NCBI GenBank assembly: GCA_028282585.1
Contig: JANQHR010000067.1
Coordinates: 1-45,994, forward strand
Direction of reading: 5' to 3'
DNA from: Bacteroidales bacterium
GTDB lineage: Bacteria > Bacteroidota > Bacteroidia > Bacteroidales > UBA12077
DNA length: 45,994 nt
The notes beneath the pieces are model-generated. The model searched no databases. It saw nothing but the letters and a program-made list of their open reading frames with translations, and had not been told where the DNA came from. Below are positions 41,600-45,994 of this stretch, piece by piece (the stretch's first letter is position 1; each line of letters opens with the position of its first letter). The translations under genes were made by a program, and so were the position numbers.

Positions 41600-43393
41600 A
41601 TGGATATTGAGATAATATTGAACGACGCAGTTGCTAAAGCAGTAGAGGAATTATATGGTGAGGAACCGGTTAAAAACAGTATTCAATTCCAAAAAACGAG
41701 GAAAGATTTTGAGGGCGATTTTACCTTGGTAGTATTCCCATTATTAAGAGTTTCAAAGAAACCACCTGAGCAAACTGCAGATGAAATTGGTACTTATTTA
41801 AAGGAAAACATTCAGCAAATATCTGATTTTAATGTAATCAAGGGATTTTTAAACCTTTCTGTTAATAAAAGTTTTTGGATTAGTTATTTAAACGATATTA
41901 GTAAAGATGAACAATATGGTTTTATAACTAAAAAAGAAGATCCAAAAGTAATTTTAATTGAGTATTCGTCACCAAATACAAATAAGCCTTTACATTTGGG
42001 GCACATTCGTAATAACTTACTTGGTTATTCAGTTGCAAATTTACTTCAATCGCAAGGCGATAAAGTTTATAAAGTAAACCTTGTTAATGATAGAGGAATA
42101 CATATTTGTAAATCCATGTTAGCCTGGCAAAAATGGGGTGATGAAATTACTCCTGAAAAAGCAGGAAAGAAGGGTGATCATTTAGTTGGAGATTTTTATG
42201 TTCGGTTCGACCAGGAATATAAAAAAGAAATTAAAGATCTGGTTGAAAAGGGAATGGCTGGAGAAGAGGCAAAACAAAAAGCACCATTGATTCTTGAGGC
42301 TCAGGAAATGTTGCGTAAATGGGAGGCTAAAGACCCGGAAGTAATATCCCTGTGGAAAGATATGAATAAATGGGTTTTAGAAGGATTTGATGTAACGTAT
42401 AAAAATCTGGGTGTTGATTTTGATAAAATATATTTCGAATCCGATACATATAAGCTGGGAAAAGAACTTGTACTTGAAGGTTTAAATAAAGAAATTTTCT
42501 TTAAGGAAGAAGATGGCTCGGTTTGGGCAGATCTAAGTGAGGAAGGACTAGATCAAAAGATCCTGTTACGTTCCGATGGAACTTCGGTTTATATGACACA
42601 GGATTTGGGTACGGCACAGCAAAGAATGGAAGATTATAATGCTGATCAGGGTATTTATGTTGTTGGAAATGAACAAAATTATCATTTTCAGGTATTAAAA
42701 CTAATTTTGGGAAAACTTGGATATGACTGGTCGGAAAGTTTACATCATTTATCATATGGAATGGTTGAATTACCCGAAGGTAAAATGAAATCGCGTGAAG
42801 GTACTGTGGTTGATGCTGATGATTTACTAAACGAAATGACGACAACAGCTGATGAAATGTCTCGTGAGTTAGGAAAACTGGATAATTATTCCGATGAAGA
42901 AAGAAATGAGATCATAAAAACTATAGGGTTGGGTGCTTTAAAATACTTTATCTTAAAAGTTGATCCGAAAAGAACAATGACTTTTGATCCAAAGGAATCA
43001 ATTGATTTTAATGGAAATACAGGGCCATTTATCCAGTATACTTTTGCCAGAATTCAGTCATTGCAGAGAAAAGCAAAAGACCATGGTATTCAGCTTAAAG
43101 ATGAAATAAATCCAAAAATCAATATTACAACTAAGGAATTACAGTTGATTAAGCAAATTCATAATTACCCTGAAGTATTAAAAGAAGCTGCAAAAGCTTT
43201 TAGTCCTGCTCAGGTTGCTAACTATGTGTATGATCTGGCAAAAGAATTTAATCAATTCTATCATGATCATCCGATTTTAAGCGAAGAAGATAAGTCCATT
43301 TCCGCATTTAGATTGTTTTTATCAAAACAAGTAGGAAATATAATTAAATCGGGAATGAAATTGTTAGGAATTGATGTTCCGGAAAGAATGTAA
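41600..43393 (+). CDS. argS: Arginine--tRNA ligase
   Basis: EYSSPNTNKPLHLGH (HIGH), MKSREG and GNTGPFIQY motifs. The start was moved to the ATG at 41600, downstream of the promoter. Confidence 0.97.
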   Translation: MDIEIILNDAVAKAVEELYGEEPVKNSIQFQKTRKDFEGDFTLVVFPLLRVSKKPPEQTADEIGTYLKENIQQISDFNVIKGFLNLSVNKSFWISYLNDISKDEQYGFITKKEDPKVILIEYSSPNTNKPLHLGHIRNNLLGYSVANLLQSQGDKVYKVNLVNDRGIHICKSMLAWQKWGDEITPEKAGKKGDHLVGDFYVRFDQEYKKEIKDLVEKGMAGEEAKQKAPLILEAQEMLRKWEAKDPEVISLWKDMNKWVLEGFDVTYKNLGVDFDKIYFESDTYKLGKELVLEGLNKEIFFKEEDGSVWADLSEEGLDQKILLRSDGTSVYMTQDLGTAQQRMEDYNADQGIYVVGNEQNYHFQVLKLILGKLGYDWSESLHHLSYGMVELPEGKMKSREGTVVDADDLLNEMTTTADEMSRELGKLDNYSDEERNEIIKTIGLGALKYFILKVDPKRTMTFDPKESIDFNGNTGPFIQYTFARIQSLQRKAKDHGIQLKDEINPKINITTKELQLIKQIHNYPEVLKEAAKAFSPAQVANYVYDLAKEFNQFYHDHPILSEEDKSISAFRLFLSKQVGNIIKSGMKLLGIDVPERM

Positions 43394-43396
43394 ATC

Positions 43397-43505
43397 AGTT
43401 AAAAGTTTAAAATTTAAAATTTAAAGTTTAAAGTTTGGAGTTGAATTAGTCAAAAAAAGAAAACTTCATTTTGAACTAAGAACTCAAAACTAAGAACTAA
43501 GAACT
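43397..43505. repeat. Two inverted arrays of tandem heptamers
   Basis: Seven A(G/A)TTnnn units (43397-43445), then five nnRAACT units (43471-43505). Confidence 0.75.
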
Positions 43506-43514
43506 AAAGAGTAT

Positions 43515-43545
43515 TTTGATAATTAAGGTGCTTAAGTTAACTTTG
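43515..43545 (+). promoter_or_regulatory. Sigma-A promoter of ffh
   Basis: TTTG (43515-43518), 19 nt spacer, TAACTTTG (43538-43545). Confidence 0.7.
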
Positions 43546-43571
43546 TGTGATTTTAAAAGATAATTAATAAT

Positions 43572-44903
43572 ATGTTCGAGAATTTATCAGATCGTTTGGA
43601 AAAATCCTTTAAGTTACTAAAAGGACAGGGTAGAATAACAGAAATAAATGTTGCTGAAACACTTAAAGACGTTCGTCGTGCATTGTTGGATGCCGATGTT
43701 AACTACAAGATTGCCAAAACATTTACAGATATAGTTAAGAAAAAAGCACTTGGCCAGGATGTATTAAATGCTGTTAAGCCGGGTCAAATGATGATAAAAA
43801 TTGTTCATGATGAGTTAGCTCAGCTAATGGGTGGACAAACTACCGAGATTAACACAAAAGGTAATCCAACCGTTATTTTAATTGCAGGTTTACAAGGTTC
43901 CGGTAAAACAACTTTCTCGGGTAAATTGGCAAATTACCTGAAATCGAAGAAACAAAAACTTCCATTACTGGTTGCTGGTGATGTTTATCGTCCTGCCGCG
44001 ATTGATCAGCTTAAGATCTTAGGTGAGCAAATCAATGTTCCGGTTTATACCGAAGAAGGAAGCAAAGATCCGGTTAAAATTGCTAAAAATGCAATTAAAC
44101 AGGCAAAACGAGATGGGCAAAATCTGGTAATTGTCGATACTGCCGGTCGTTTGGCGGTTGACGAAGAAATGATGAACGAGATTGCTGCTGTTCATAAAGC
44201 TATTGAACCACACGAAACGTTATTTGTTGTGGATTCTATGACCGGTCAGGATGCAGTGAATACTGCAAAGGAATTCAATGATCGTTTGGATTTTGATGGT
44301 GTTGTTCTCACGAAGCTGGATGGTGATACCCGCGGTGGTGCTGCACTATCGATCCGCTCTGTTGTAAACAAACCAATCAAGTTTATTGGTTCCGGCGAAA
44401 AAATGGAAGCAATTGATGTTTTCCACCCGGATCGTATGGCCGACCGTATTCTAGGAATGGGTGATGTGGTTTCTTTGGTTGAAAAAGCACAAGAACAATA
44501 CGATCAGGAAGAGGCAAGAAAATTAAGCAAGAAAATTGCTAAGAATCAATTCGATTTCGACGATTTTTTAACTCAGATTGCCCAGATCAAGAAGATGGGT
44601 AACCTTAAAGATTTAGCAGGAATGATCCCCGGAATGGGCAAATTAATGAGAAAAATCGACATTGATGATGACGCATTTAAAGGTATTGAAGCAATCATAA
44701 AATCAATGACTCCTGAAGAACGACAAAATCCAAAAATATTGAATGGAAGCAGAAGAAAACGAATTGCACGTGGTAGTGGAAATGATATCCAGGAAGTGAA
44801 CCGACTTGTTAAACAATTCGACGAAACCAAAAAAATGATGAAAATGATGAAAGACGGAAAGGGTATGGCAGGTTTAATGAATAGAATGCAGGGAGCGCGT
44901 TAA
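43572..44903 (+). CDS. ffh: Signal recognition particle protein
   Basis: GLQGSGKTT, DTAGR, TKLDGD and a Met-rich M domain. Confidence 0.98.
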   Translation: MFENLSDRLEKSFKLLKGQGRITEINVAETLKDVRRALLDADVNYKIAKTFTDIVKKKALGQDVLNAVKPGQMMIKIVHDELAQLMGGQTTEINTKGNPTVILIAGLQGSGKTTFSGKLANYLKSKKQKLPLLVAGDVYRPAAIDQLKILGEQINVPVYTEEGSKDPVKIAKNAIKQAKRDGQNLVIVDTAGRLAVDEEMMNEIAAVHKAIEPHETLFVVDSMTGQDAVNTAKEFNDRLDFDGVVLTKLDGDTRGGAALSIRSVVNKPIKFIGSGEKMEAIDVFHPDRMADRILGMGDVVSLVEKAQEQYDQEEARKLSKKIAKNQFDFDDFLTQIAQIKKMGNLKDLAGMIPGMGKLMRKIDIDDDAFKGIEAIIKSMTPEERQNPKILNGSRRKRIARGSGNDIQEVNRLVKQFDETKKMMKMMKDGKGMAGLMNRMQGAR

Positions 44904-44979
44904 TTATAAATAAACCAAGTGTTTTCATCGAAGTTAAATATATATTGAGACTAATGGTTACAATCAAAAATATCAGAAT

Positions 44980-45867
44980 ATGAAACTAATAGACGGTAAA
45001 AAAGTAGCAAACCAAATTAAAGAAGAAATAACACTTGAAGTTGAAAGAGTCAAATTAGATGGTGGTAAAATACCTCATTTAGCAGCAATTATTGTTGGGC
45101 ACGATGGTGCGAGCGAAACTTATGTCGGACATAAAGAAAAAGCTTGTATACAAGTTGGATTTGATTCTACCGTTTTACGTTTCGAAGATGATATTGAAGA
45201 AGATACCTTACTTAGAAAAGTAGATGAATTGAATAAAAATCCTGAGATTGACGGATTTATTGTTCAGTTGCCATTACCGGACCATATATCGGAACAAAAA
45301 ATTATTGAAGCCATCGATCCTAAAAAAGATGTGGACGGATTTCACCCGATCAACCTGGGTAGAATGGTTATAGGTTTGCCGGCTTATATTTCAGCTACAC
45401 CGGCTGGAATTATGGAACTTATTAAACGTTATAAAATTGAAACTTCAGGTAAAGATGTGGTAGTTATCGGGCGAAGTAATATTGTTGGTAAGCCAATGAG
45501 TATTTTATTAGGACAAAAAGCTGATCCGGGAAATGCTACCGTTACAATGGCACATAGCAGAACCAAGAATTTAAAAGAGTTAGTTTCAAAAGCCGATATG
45601 GTTATTGCTGCATTGGGCCAGGCTGAATTTTTAACAGCCGATATGGTAAAAGAAGGAGCAACGGTTATTGACGTGGGAATTACCAGAGTAAAATCAGATC
45701 AAACCAAATCAGGCTGGAAATTATTGGGCGATGTTAAATACGACGAAGTAGCCGAAAAAACAGAATACATAACACCTGTTCCGGGTGGTGTTGGCCCAAT
45801 GACGATTGTTTCATTACTTCAAAATACACTAAAAGCTTCAAAAGGAGAAATTTATCCGAAGTTTTAA
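44980..45867 (+). CDS. folD: Bifunctional methylenetetrahydrofolate dehydrogenase/cyclohydrolase
   Basis: [22 protein letters not shown] and [10 protein letters not shown] motifs. Confidence 0.97.
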   Translation: MKLIDGKKVANQIKEEITLEVERVKLDGGKIPHLAAIIVGHDGASETYVGHKEKACIQVGFDSTVLRFEDDIEEDTLLRKVDELNKNPEIDGFIVQLPLPDHISEQKIIEAIDPKKDVDGFHPINLGRMVIGLPAYISATPAGIMELIKRYKIETSGKDVVVIGRSNIVGKPMSILLGQKADPGNATVTMAHSRTKNLKELVSKADMVIAALGQAEFLTADMVKEGATVIDVGITRVKSDQTKSGWKLLGDVKYDEVAEKTEYITPVPGGVGPMTIVSLLQNTLKASKGEIYPKF

Positions 45868-45896
45868 ATAGTAAAATACATGAAATTATAATGGAA

Positions 45897-45994
45897 GAGG
45901 GTGTCTAAAAAGATTGATTTTCGCCACAAAGACACAAAAACACAAAATCTCACAAAATTATAATATATTGATTAATAGACTTTTGTGTATTTTC
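45897..45994. repeat. CACAAA periodic repeat element, truncated by the window end
   Basis: CACAAA at 45925, 45933, 45941 and 45951; inverted TTTTGTG at 45981; preceded by GAGGGTGTCTAAAAAG. Confidence 0.55.

Noticed and set aside
43397-43505. CRISPR array
   Set aside because: The units are 7 nt tandem repeats without unique spacers, and there are no cas genes.

Overview
AT-rich chromosomal window from a Bacteroidota bacterium, probably Bacteroidales. This assignment is inferred from TAnnTTTG -7 promoter boxes, the lptD/amidase/mlaD/dnaA synteny, rpsF-rpsR-rplI without ssb, and the long SecA. The left ~10.7 kb is an accessory molybdenum/purine-catabolism block: Lrp regulator, YgfK-like flavo-Fe-S oxidoreductase, MocA-like nucleotidyltransferase, two-subunit xanthine dehydrogenase and ModABC. 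It abuts dnaA. The rest is mostly core genome (dnaA, mlaD, amidase, lptD, trpG/pabA, ridA, rplI/rpsR/rpsF, dnaX, ferritin, secA, dapA, ligA, argS, ffh, folD), plus an LpoB/COG3014-like lipoprotein pair, a DUF4465-like lipoprotein, a hybrid sensor kinase and a BtuFCD-like ABC transporter. No rRNA, tRNA, CRISPR array or transposase was seen. The best non-obvious signals are: (1) an unannotated ~220 nt transcription unit before argS, with an ECF-sigma-like promoter, an orphan terminator and a hairpin loop antisense to start-codon regions (candidate sRNA); (2) a duplicated poly-A slippage site in dnaX exactly where a gamma subunit would end; (3) strong Shine-Dalgarno sites at rpsR and rplI; (4) several intergenic inverted arrays of periodic 7-10 nt repeats and REP-like palindromes. 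All family assignments come from motif recognition, not database searches.
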